Made by a program: the position numbers and the translations under genes. The notes under the pieces were generated by a model, which searched no databases, had not been told where the DNA came from, and was given only the letters and a program-made list of their open reading frames with translations. 64,000 nucleotides of DNA. Source: Planctomycetota bacterium (GTDB taxonomy: Bacteria > Planctomycetota > B15-G4). Positions 27,906-36,227 of this stretch are shown here, piece by piece (within the stretch, counting starts at the first letter, position 1; the number at the start of each line of letters is the position of its first letter). Location: assembly GCA_038212275.1 (NCBI GenBank), contig JBBQUR010000007.1:32001-96000 (forward strand), read 5' to 3'.

Positions 27906-30176
27906 CTACCTGGCCGGTGCCACCGGCGGCTCCGCGGCCGCGGCGGCCGCTTCGGCGTCGAGCCGGGCCTGGACGGCTGCTTCTTCCTCGGCGCTGAGCT
28001 TGCGGTCGCCGAGCGTGACGCCGACCGCCTCCTGGAAAGCCGAACCCGGCTGCGTCAGCGACCAGATCCAGCCCTGCGAATTCGCGAAGCTCAGCAGGAA
28101 CCACACGACCACCACGATCTTGATGAGCCTGGGCCACGGGCTCGGCTTGTCGCCGTAAGGGTCCACGCCCGGAACCGAGCCCTCGGGCAGTTTGGCGACG
28201 GAGGTCAGCGAGGCGCCGAACGACACGTTCAGCTTCACGCGGCCGTTCACGGCCCAACCGTTGGCATCCAGAATCGGCCCCAGATTGCGCTGCCTGAGCT
28301 TGAGCCACGCGATGATCATCGAGGGGCCGGAGATCACGAGCAGGATCCCGCCGAACACCAGGCAGAGCTGCCAGAAGGGAAGCGTGAACACGCCGGCCAG
28401 CGAGCCGATGACGGTGGTGGCCAGGGCGCCGATGCCGGCGATGGCCACGCTGATCGCGGCCACGGTGCCGACGTCGATCTTCCTGGGCGGCGCCTTGTCG
28501 ACATTCACCGTGCCGCTGGCCGTCGAGGCCAGCTTGGCATCGGCCTCGGCGTCCTTCTCGGCGGCGCGCTTGGCCGCCAACTCTTCGATCATGCGCACGA
28601 GCTTCTTGTAGGGCGACCAGAAGGCCTGCCGCACCGAGATCGGGTTCTCGACCACACGCGTGATCGTCGCGTCCCAGTCCCGGCCCTTGCGGTCGTAGAA
28701 GACGCCGTTGCGGCCCACCATGAGGTAGTCGCTGTCGCCGTCCGTGAACGCCGCCGCGATGCTCAGCTTCTCGCCGGACGGCCGCGTGCAGTCGCAGTAA
28801 GCGAGGTAGGCCTTGGACAGGCCGGCGAGCGCCGCGTGCTTGGCTGCGTCATCGACGCGGACCACGAGCTCGCACTCGCGCGCATCGAGGAACAACCGGC
28901 CCACCTGGAAGATGGCGGCCTTCGTCGGCGAGTAGAAGTCCGCGAAGTTCACGAAGTTGCAGAGGAGTTGATACAGGTCGCGCTGGTAGCGCACGAGGCG
29001 TTCGACCTGCGCGATGGAGTGGAACTCCTGCTCGACGGCCCTGTCGGCGGCGATCGCCTCGAGGATCGCGGCCTTCGCCTTGCCCGCGAGAATCTCGCTC
29101 ACGCGCGCGAGTCCGAGGCTCTCGACGGACGTCGCCGGGCGGCTGCCGCGCCACGCCGCGAAGGCAGCCAGCTTGCCGCCGAGCGCGGTCCATTCCTCCA
29201 CCGAGATCGCGGTCTTGCCCTTGCCCAGCAGCGGTTCGACCGCCGCGGTGCGCAGCGTTCCGATGGCTGCGGACCAGGCCGGGTTGATGCCATCCACGAG
29301 CGGCAGGGGCCTGGCCACCTCGATGCGCGCGACGGGAAAGCCCGTGATCTCCTGCACCGTGATGCTGAGATCCTGTGCCGCGATGGCGAGGAATTCCTCC
29401 TCTCGACGATTCAACGCCGCCAGCGCCCGGCCGTCGAAGGCCGCGAGGCGGCAGCGCGCGAAGAAGTCGTCCACCTTGGCGCGCACGGCTTCCCACGCGT
29501 CGCAGGCCGCGGCCGTCGCCTCTCCGAGCGGAAGGATGGCCGCGTCGGACGCCGCCCGTGCAGACCACGCGGCGAACGCGGCGCACTCGTCGTAGAAGGC
29601 TCCGAGCTTGCCCGCATCGAGCCCGGGCCTGCCGCTGCGATCGGCCACGGGTCCGAGGCACGCGAGAACGTCGCCGAGCACCTTGCGCGCGGCCTCGTCC
29701 GTCACGGACTCCGCGGTGACCACGCCGTCGCCGTTGTACTTCGTCCCGGCGAAGAGCGCGGCCGTGTCCTCGACGTCGGCGAGCGAGATCGCGGTCGCGT
29801 CGCCCTTGCCGAGGCCCTTCAGGATCTGGCGTGCCGACGCGAGAATCGCCTGCCCCGACGCCGTCGTCTCGTTGATGTGGGAGAGCTGCACCACATCCGC
29901 GCCGGCCTTGAGCAGCATGAGGTCCTTGAGGTGTTCCTCGCACCACTGCACCGCCGCGATGATCTCGGGCACGCGCACGCGACCGTCGTGGTCTTCATCG
30001 ATCAGCGCGAGAGTCTGTTCGTCGAACTCCAGCCCCTTGACCGGGCACGCGAGCGCGGCCCACAGCTTCAGGTCGAGTTCCTCGAGCCGCGCGAAGTCCT
30101 GCGCCGTCTCGAAGCGCACCTGATCGAAGCCGCCGGAGCGTGAGAATTGCCAGATGTGCCCGGATGCTGCGGCCAT
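27906..30176 (-). CDS. Conserved hypothetical membrane-anchored protein with EF-hand-like loop
   Basis: WQFSRSGGFDQV...KLWAALACPVKGLE...IDEDHDGRVRVPE; GRNGVFYDRKGRDWDA; 2-3 C-terminal TM helices; LGPILDANGWAVN. Confidence 0.8.
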   Translation of the reverse strand: MAAASGHIWQFSRSGGFDQVRFETAQDFARLEELDLKLWAALACPVKGLEFDEQTLALIDEDHDGRVRVPEIIAAVQWCEEHLKDLMLLKAGADVVQLSHINETTASGQAILASARQILKGLGKGDATAISLADVEDTAALFAGTKYNGDGVVTAESVTDEAARKVLGDVLACLGPVADRSGRPGLDAGKLGAFYDECAAFAAWSARAASDAAILPLGEATAAACDAWEAVRAKVDDFFARCRLAAFDGRALAALNRREEEFLAIAAQDLSITVQEITGFPVARIEVARPLPLVDGINPAWSAAIGTLRTAAVEPLLGKGKTAISVEEWTALGGKLAAFAAWRGSRPATSVESLGLARVSEILAGKAKAAILEAIAADRAVEQEFHSIAQVERLVRYQRDLYQLLCNFVNFADFYSPTKAAIFQVGRLFLDARECELVVRVDDAAKHAALAGLSKAYLAYCDCTRPSGEKLSIAAAFTDGDSDYLMVGRNGVFYDRKGRDWDATITRVVENPISVRQAFWSPYKKLVRMIEELAAKRAAEKDAEADAKLASTASGTVNVDKAPPRKIDVGTVAAISVAIAGIGALATTVIGSLAGVFTLPFWQLCLVFGGILLVISGPSMIIAWLKLRQRNLGPILDANGWAVNGRVKLNVSFGASLTSVAKLPEGSVPGVDPYGDKPSPWPRLIKIVVVVWFLLSFANSQGWIWSLTQPGSAFQEAVGVTLGDRKLSAEEEAAVQARLDAEAAAAAAEPPVAPAR

Positions 30177-30282
30177 GGTCGGATCTCGGCTGAGAGCAGG
30201 GCCGCGCCCTTTCGACAAAAGAGGCGGCTCAAGAGCGGCGAAGGCTAGCAGAATGGATTCGCCCGGGTCCACGCACGGCGCG

Positions 30283-31191
30283 TCACGCCAGCATGCGTGG
30301 CGTCCAGCCGAGCAGCATCGTCAGGCGACTGCTGTCGAGCGAGAGATCGGCGGGACGCTCCGCGGCGAGACCTGCCTCCGCGCGCGTCGTCGGGACGATG
30401 GACGACGCGTCGGCGTCGGCGGCCTCCGCTTCGGCAAGGCCCAGCTCGAGGCGGGAGAGCGCGCGAGGCCCGCCGCAGTGCAGCAGGCCCGAAACGTCGC
30501 GGCGTTCGACGAGGTCGGCGAGCGCGCGCGCCACATCGACGACGGCGACCGGCGTGCGGATCTCGTCGGTGAACAGGCGGACCGCGTCGCCGACGGCGAG
30601 CGCCGTGAGCAGTGCGGTGCTCACCGAGCGACCGCCGATGACCTCGCGCCCCGTGATGAGCGCCGGGCGCAGCACCGCGGCGCCCGGGCAGGCCGCAAGC
30701 ACCGCGGCGTCGCCGGCCGCCTTGCTCTCGCCGTAGACGTGCAGCGGCCGCGGCTCGTCGCTCTCGCGCCAGCCGCCGCGCGCTCCGTCGAAGACCTGGT
30801 CCGTGGAGACGTGCACGAGTCGCGCGTCACGCGCGGCGCACCAGCGCGCGATCTCCTCCGGCAGGCCCGCATTCATGCGCATGGCGAGCGCCGGATCCGC
30901 GCGGCACGGCGCGATGTTCGCCAGCGCCGCGACGTGCACCACCGCATCCGGCTGCAGCTCGTCCAGCACGGCCGTGACGGCGCCCGGCGCCGCGAGATCG
31001 GCGACATGGCTCTCCACGCCCCAGTCGCGGCCACGACCGCCCAGCGCCAGCTTTCCGCCCACCACGGAAACGCCCACGCCGCCGACGGCCGAGCGCGCCA
31101 CGCCCAGCAGTTCCGCCTTCCGCTCGTGCCGCAATTCCCGCACGACCGCGCCTCCGAGGAAGCCGGTCCAACCCGTGACGAGGACGCGCAT
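30283..31191 (-). CDS. RmlD-like extended SDR (dTDP-4-dehydrorhamnose reductase family)
   Basis: VTGWTGFLG, HVSTDQVFDG, YGESK, FTDEIRTP, RPADLSLD. Confidence 0.88.
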   Translation of the reverse strand: MRVLVTGWTGFLGGAVVRELRHERKAELLGVARSAVGGVGVSVVGGKLALGGRGRDWGVESHVADLAAPGAVTAVLDELQPDAVVHVAALANIAPCRADPALAMRMNAGLPEEIARWCAARDARLVHVSTDQVFDGARGGWRESDEPRPLHVYGESKAAGDAAVLAACPGAAVLRPALITGREVIGGRSVSTALLTALAVGDAVRLFTDEIRTPVAVVDVARALADLVERRDVSGLLHCGGPRALSRLELGLAEAEAADADASSIVPTTRAEAGLAAERPADLSLDSSRLTMLLGWTPRMLA

Positions 31192-31320
31192 GCTGGCTGA
31201 TCCGGAGCGATGACCTGCAAGCGTCCCGCATCATCGGGCGACGGGCCGCAGGCGGGGCCGCCCGCTCGCACCGGCCCTCGCGAGCAACATAAGATGCCAG
31301 ATCACGAGGAGCAGTCAGCC

Positions 31321-32172
31321 ATGCAGATCGGCAGCATCCACATCGAGCGCGGCGGGCCGCTGTTCCTGCTGGCGGGGCCGTGCGTCATCGAGAACGACAC
31401 GGGGCCCTTCGCCATCGCGCGCGAGCTGCGCGATCTGTGCGCCTCGCTCGGCATGCCCTTCGTCTTCAAGGCCAGCTTCGACAAGGCCAACCGCACGTCG
31501 GGCAGCTCCTTCCGCGGCCCTGGTCCGACGGAGGGCCTCGCCATCCTGGAAGGAGTGCGCCGGGAGGTCGGCGTCCCGGTGCTCACCGACATTCACGAGC
31601 CCGGCCAGGCAGATCTCTGCGCCGGCCGCGTGGACGTCGTGCAGATCCCCGCGATGCTCTCGCGCCAGACGGACCTGCTGCTCGCCGCGGGCCGCAGCGG
31701 CTGCGCCGTGAACATCAAGAAGGGCCAGGGCATGGCGCCCTGGGACATCGGCTGGTGCATCGACAAGGTGCTGTCCACCGGCAACGAGCGCGTGCTGGTC
31801 ACCGAGCGCGGCGCGAGCTTCGGCTACAACACGCTGGTCAACGACATGCGCGCGCTGCCCGAGATGGCGAAGTTCGGCAAGCCCGTGGTCTTCGACGCCA
31901 CGCACAGCGCGCAGAAGCCCTCCGCGAGCAGCGGCAAGAGCGGCGGCGACCGCGAGCTGGCCAAGATTCTGGCGCGCGCGGCCGTGGCCGCGGGCTGCGA
32001 CGGCCTCTTCGCCGAGACGCATCCCGACCCGGACCGCGGCCTCTCCGACGGCCCGAACATGATCAAGCTCGCGGACATGCGCGCCCTGCTGACGACACTC
32101 GTCGCCGTGCGCGCGGCCGTCGCCGCGGACGTGGCGCGCGAGCGCGCCGCCGACGACGCGCCCAGTCGATGA
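31321..32172 (+). CDS. kdsA: KDO8P synthase
   Basis: AGPCVIE, FKASFDKANRTS, QIPA..RQTDL, NIKKGQ, ERG, FDATHS. Confidence 0.95.
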   Translation: MQIGSIHIERGGPLFLLAGPCVIENDTGPFAIARELRDLCASLGMPFVFKASFDKANRTSGSSFRGPGPTEGLAILEGVRREVGVPVLTDIHEPGQADLCAGRVDVVQIPAMLSRQTDLLLAAGRSGCAVNIKKGQGMAPWDIGWCIDKVLSTGNERVLVTERGASFGYNTLVNDMRALPEMAKFGKPVVFDATHSAQKPSASSGKSGGDRELAKILARAAVAAGCDGLFAETHPDPDRGLSDGPNMIKLADMRALLTTLVAVRAAVAADVARERAADDAPSR

Positions 32173-32182
32173 GCACGGGCCG

Positions 32183-32587
32183 CTACGCCTGCGGCCTGGC
32201 CTCGCGTCGCTGCCGCAGCGCCTCGCGCACCAGGCCCATGGCGTGACGGTGCGCCGGCCGCGGCGTGCCGAAGCGCTCGAGGAAGCGCTGCTCGAGCGCA
32301 TCCGGCAGCGACTCGTCGGCGGGCAGGCCCGGGAGCAACTCGCACGCGGCCGACGCGGTCGTCATCGAGGCCGGGCATCCCTGCGCCAGGAAGCCCGCTT
32401 CGACGATCAGGCGCGCCGGCGGACCGGGCATCGCAGCGGAAGCCGCCCCGAGCTTCAGGAACAGCACCACCACGTCACCGCAGGCCGCGTTCCGGGCCTC
32501 CCCGCGCAGGTCTGCGCCGCCGTCCGGCTCGCCGACGTTTCGCGGCTGCTGCAGGTGCTCGCGCAAGGCGTCGGGGAGACGATCCAT
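32183..32587 (-). CDS. IscU/SufU (NifU-N)-like scaffold protein
   Basis: HLQQPRNVG, NAACGDV, AQGCPASM; third Cys absent (HRHAM). Confidence 0.8.
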   Translation of the reverse strand: MDRLPDALREHLQQPRNVGEPDGGADLRGEARNAACGDVVVLFLKLGAASAAMPGPPARLIVEAGFLAQGCPASMTTASAACELLPGLPADESLPDALEQRFLERFGTPRPAHRHAMGLVREALRQRREARPQA

Positions 32588-32635
32588 CCGCGCATGCTAG
32601 CGCGCCGCCGCCTGGCTCACGGCCCGCCCTGCGCC

Positions 32636-32710
32636 GCTCCGCCCGCCGTGGCAGCGCCCGCCGTCGCAGCGCCTTCTCTCGCAGCGCCCGCTCTCGCGGC
32701 GCCCTCGCCT
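32636..32710. repeat. Degenerate 15-bp tandem repeat, about 5 units
   Basis: GCTCCGCCCGCCGTG / GCAGCGCCCGCCGTC / GCAGCGCCTTCTCTC / GCAGCGCCCGCTCTC / GCGGCGCCCTCGCCT in a divergent intergenic region. Confidence 0.7.
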
Positions 32711-32740
32711 CCCGACATGCCTCCGATCCGATGCGGCCGG

Positions 32741-32768
32741 TTGCGTGGCGGGCCGCCCGACCTATGAT
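32741..32768 (+). promoter_or_regulatory. Putative sigma-70 promoter for the ferredoxin
   Basis: TTGCGT, 16-nt spacer, TATGAT, ending 36 nt upstream of the ATG. Confidence 0.5.
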
Positions 32769-32804
32769 GTCGCGACCTTTTCGCCCCCTCCCGGGATTCC
32801 GCCC

Positions 32805-33290
32805 ATGGCCTTCTTCATCGTCGAGGAAAAGTGCGTCGGCTGCACCCTCTGCGCCAAGGAATGCCCGATGGCGATCATCGAGGGCGAAACGCGCCAGCCC
32901 TTCCGCATCTTCGCGGAGGACGAGTGCATCGATTGCTCGCTCTGCGCCTGGGTCTGCCCGGCCGACGCCATCGTGAACCAGTTCGGGGAGTTCGTCCCCA
33001 AGCTGAACAAGAAGGACCGCCCCATCGCGTGGATCGACGAGGTCGGCTGCACCGGCTGCGAGGTCTGCATGGAGGCCTGCCCGGTGGACGCCATCGGCAA
33101 GGTGGCCTCGGTCGTTCCCGGCGATACCTCGCCCACGCAGGTCTGCCGCGTGGACGTGAACACCTGCATCTCGTGCTCGCTGTGCGCCGTGGTCTGCCCG
33201 TGGGAGACCATCTCCATGGCGCTCACCAAGGGCGAGGCCGAGGAGCTGCACAAGCTCGCGGGGACACCGGCGCACACGCACGCGGCGTGA
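32805..33290 (+). CDS. Polyferredoxin with four [4Fe-4S] motifs
   Basis: CVGCTLCAKECP, CIDCSLCAWVCP, CTGCEVCMEACP, CISCSLCAVVCP. Confidence 0.93.
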   Translation: MAFFIVEEKCVGCTLCAKECPMAIIEGETRQPFRIFAEDECIDCSLCAWVCPADAIVNQFGEFVPKLNKKDRPIAWIDEVGCTGCEVCMEACPVDAIGKVASVVPGDTSPTQVCRVDVNTCISCSLCAVVCPWETISMALTKGEAEELHKLAGTPAHTHAA

Positions 33291-33309
33291 GAGCGGCGTG
33301 AGCGCGGCT

Positions 33310-33855
33310 TCAGCCGCGTTTCAGTTCCCGCGCCAGCCACGCCTTGCCGAAGGCCCATTGGCGCTCGACGGTCTGACGGCTCACCTCCAGCACGCTGGCG
33401 ACCTCGATTTCGGTCATGCCCATGAAGAAGCGCAGCTCCACGACCTGCGCGGTTCGCGGGTGGTGAGCGGCGAGGGACTCCATGGCTTCGTCCAGCGCGA
33501 TGATGTCGAGGTGCCTCCGGGGCGTGATGAGCACACCCTCATGAAGCGTGATCCTGGCCCAGCTCTCCCCGCGCTTTTTCGTCTTGTCGCGGCGGGCGTG
33601 ATCCACCAGCACCTGCCGCATCTTGTGCGAGGCCAGCGCGAGAAAGGCCGGCTCGTCGCTGGGCATGCGGTTGCGGATCGACGACAGCCGGACGAAGGCC
33701 TCGTTGACCAGCGCCGTCGGGTCCAGCGTGTGGTCCTTGCGCTCGCCGCGCATGGACAGCGCCGCGAGCCGCCGCAGGACGTCGTACGCGCGGTGCCACA
33801 GGCCATCGTCGCCCGGCGCGTCGCCGCCGGCCGCACCGTCTTCCGGGCCGCTCAT
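33310..33855 (-). CDS. ECF sigma factor, kinase-associated type (TIGR02999-like)
   Basis: LRRLA..MRGER.DHTLDPTALVNEAFVRL, MRQVLVDHAR, KKRG, VVELRFF.G, AWLAREL. Confidence 0.92.
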   Translation of the reverse strand: MSGPEDGAAGGDAPGDDGLWHRAYDVLRRLAALSMRGERKDHTLDPTALVNEAFVRLSSIRNRMPSDEPAFLALASHKMRQVLVDHARRDKTKKRGESWARITLHEGVLITPRRHLDIIALDEAMESLAAHHPRTAQVVELRFFMGMTEIEVASVLEVSRQTVERQWAFGKAWLARELKRG

Positions 33856-36227
33856 CGAGAGGACTTCCCGTCTGCTTCACCCGCGGCCGCGGGACCCACG
33901 CCCTCTGCGGGGAGCATGGCCGCCTCTTCCGCCGATCGCATGCTACCGGCCTCGGCTGGTTGCACGACAGACTCGACCGCGAGGCCTTCCAGCAGGCGCG
34001 CGGGCCGCACGCCGACGGTGGCATAGACGCCGTCCGGGTCGAGCCAGGTGGAGACGGCGGGGTCCACGCGGAGGGGCGATTGGGAGTAGTTGCAGCCGCG
34101 AGAGAAGAGCTGGCTGCCCGGCTCGGTCCCCGTGCACATTTCGCCGACGTTGCCCAGCGTGTCGAACAGCCCGTAGGCGTTCGGCCGGAAGCTGCCGACA
34201 GGGCCGTGGATCTCGTAGCCGTCATCCAGCAGCCGCTCGAGCAGCAGCTTCTGGACGCCGAGGTTGCCGCGATCGTATTGGAGATCGACGACGTTGGCGG
34301 TGCACTCCAGCGCGTCGAGACCCAGCTCGGCGCCGCAGGGTCCCTCGCCACCGCGCGCCGCCACCTCCCACCACTGGTCCGACGGCAGACACAGCCCGAC
34401 TGATCCCAGCAGCCGCTGCGCCGTGAGGAAGGAGAGGCTCTCGACCGGATGCAGACCGGTGACCGGCGGCTGCCGGCCCGTGGACCAGCCCGGACCGTAG
34501 GTACTCGGGTTCGCCAGCGGCGGACGAAGGCATCGGCCGAGGCGCACGCACTGCGCCTGCGTCAACTCGTACTTGCCCAGCAGGAAGGGCGGCGTGGTCA
34601 CCGTGAACTCGCGCGGCGGCTCCGGTGGCCGCACGGTCTCCGTGATGACCATCGACACGACCGTGAAGAGCCGGTGCTCGCCGCCCGGGATGAGCACCAG
34701 CACCACCGCGTCCTCCTCGCGCGGCGGGCGCAGCCGGCCCGTGGCCGGATCGCGCCACGGCAGCTCGCCCGTGCCGTCCACCGCGAACTCCGCGCAGCGC
34801 GACACCGCGTCCTCGCCCAGTGGGACGAGCCCGCACTGCGGCGCCATGTGCAGGCCGCCGTAGCGCGGACTGCGCGCCACCGCCTCGAGGCAGGCTTGCC
34901 ACTCCAGCGCGTGCTCGCCGATCGTGCGCTCTTCCAGCGCCAGTGCGGTGGCGAGGCGTGCCTCGATCTCCGCAACGCGCCCCTGCTGCGGATCGACGAA
35001 GCGATCGAGCCGAGCGCGCAGGTCTCCCACGTCCTTGCGCAGCAGGCTGCCGAGTTCGCCGTCCTGCTCCAGATTCGCGAGCATGTGCCGCATCGGCTCG
35101 CGGTGCGTGGCCACGGCGGCCGCCTCGCGCAACCATGCCTGCATCGCGGGGACGCGCTCCGGGGTCGCCGGCCAGAGGTCGTCGTCGGCACGCCGTTCCA
35201 GGTCGCCCAGCACGCGCTCGTCGGCCAGTCCGCCGATCTCGTCGCCGAGTCGGCGGAGACGGTCCGCGGAGGCGTTCGCGTCGCGCGTGGAGGCGAGCAG
35301 AAGCAGCAGCGTCGTGGCGAGGCTCGCGAGCACGACAGCCGTCAGGGCCACACCCATGCGGTGACGACGCACGAAGAGCAGGCTGCGCCTCGGCCAGCCG
35401 ACGCGCCGCGCGCGGATCGGCAGCGCACACGACCAGTTGCGCAGGTCCTCGGCCAGTGCGGCGGGCGACGCGTATCGCCGCGCCGGCTCGGCGGCGGTTG
35501 CCTTCTCGACGATGAGGCGCAAGTCGCCGCGCAGGGCGCGGTGTCGCTCCGTCAGCAGCGCGGGAGCGTTCGCCACTTGCAGGCGCGCGGCCGACGGCGT
35601 GAGGCCGTCCAGCTCGCGGGCTGGCGCGCCGGTGAGCAGCTCGAGGAGCAGCAGCCCCAGCGCGTAGACGTCCGAGCCTTCCGTGGCCGCCTCGCCGCGC
35701 GCCTGTTCCGGCGCCATGGACGCCGGCGTGCCGGTCAGGCTCGCTGGCTCACCGTCGGCGAAGTCCAGCACCCGCGGCAGACCGGCGGCATCCACGCGGA
35801 TGTTGGCCGGCTTCAGGTCGCCGTGGATCACGCCGCGACGGTGCGCGTGATCGATCGCGTCGCAGACGCGCGCGAGCAGCTCCACGCGCTGACGCCTTCC
35901 CGGCACCGCCCGCGCGACGTGACTCGACAGGTCCAGCCCGTCGACGTACTCGAGCACGAGGAAGGGCCGGCCGTCGTCGGTGACGCCCGACTCGATGAGC
36001 CCGGCGATGCCGGGATGGCGCAGCGCGCCAAGCGCCGCGACCCCGTGCTCGAAGCGCATGCGCGCCGCGGCGTGTGCTTGCGGCCCGTGCAGGAGCTTGA
36101 GCGCCACGAGGCGTCGCGGCTGCGCCTGCTCGGCGAGGTACACCGTGCCGCGGCTGCCTTCACCCAGCGTCCGCAGGATCCGGAAAGCGCCCACACCTCC
36201 CTGCAGGCCCTCTCCTTCGGAACTCAC
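33852..36227 (-). CDS. Ser/Thr kinase-TM-FGE-sulfatase fusion (copy 2)
   Basis: GEGSRGTV, VALK, HGDLKPAN, DFA, MAPE; TM helix; KYELTQAQ, LPSDQWWE.AARG, NAYGLFDTLGNVGE. GTGA overlap with copy 1; the 5' part of track ORF 33852..37775 is shadow. Confidence 0.87.
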   Translation of the reverse strand: MSSEGEGLQGGVGAFRILRTLGEGSRGTVYLAEQAQPRRLVALKLLHGPQAHAAARMRFEHGVAALGALRHPGIAGLIESGVTDDGRPFLVLEYVDGLDLSSHVARAVPGRRQRVELLARVCDAIDHAHRRGVIHGDLKPANIRVDAAGLPRVLDFADGEPASLTGTPASMAPEQARGEAATEGSDVYALGLLLLELLTGAPARELDGLTPSAARLQVANAPALLTERHRALRGDLRLIVEKATAAEPARRYASPAALAEDLRNWSCALPIRARRVGWPRRSLLFVRRHRMGVALTAVVLASLATTLLLLLASTRDANASADRLRRLGDEIGGLADERVLGDLERRADDDLWPATPERVPAMQAWLREAAAVATHREPMRHMLANLEQDGELGSLLRKDVGDLRARLDRFVDPQQGRVAEIEARLATALALEERTIGEHALEWQACLEAVARSPRYGGLHMAPQCGLVPLGEDAVSRCAEFAVDGTGELPWRDPATGRLRPPREEDAVVLVLIPGGEHRLFTVVSMVITETVRPPEPPREFTVTTPPFLLGKYELTQAQCVRLGRCLRPPLANPSTYGPGWSTGRQPPVTGLHPVESLSFLTAQRLLGSVGLCLPSDQWWEVAARGGEGPCGAELGLDALECTANVVDLQYDRGNLGVQKLLLERLLDDGYEIHGPVGSFRPNAYGLFDTLGNVGEMCTGTEPGSQLFSRGCNYSQSPLRVDPAVSTWLDPDGVYATVGVRPARLLEGLAVESVVQPAEAGSMRSAEEAAMLPAEGVGPAAAGEADGKSSR

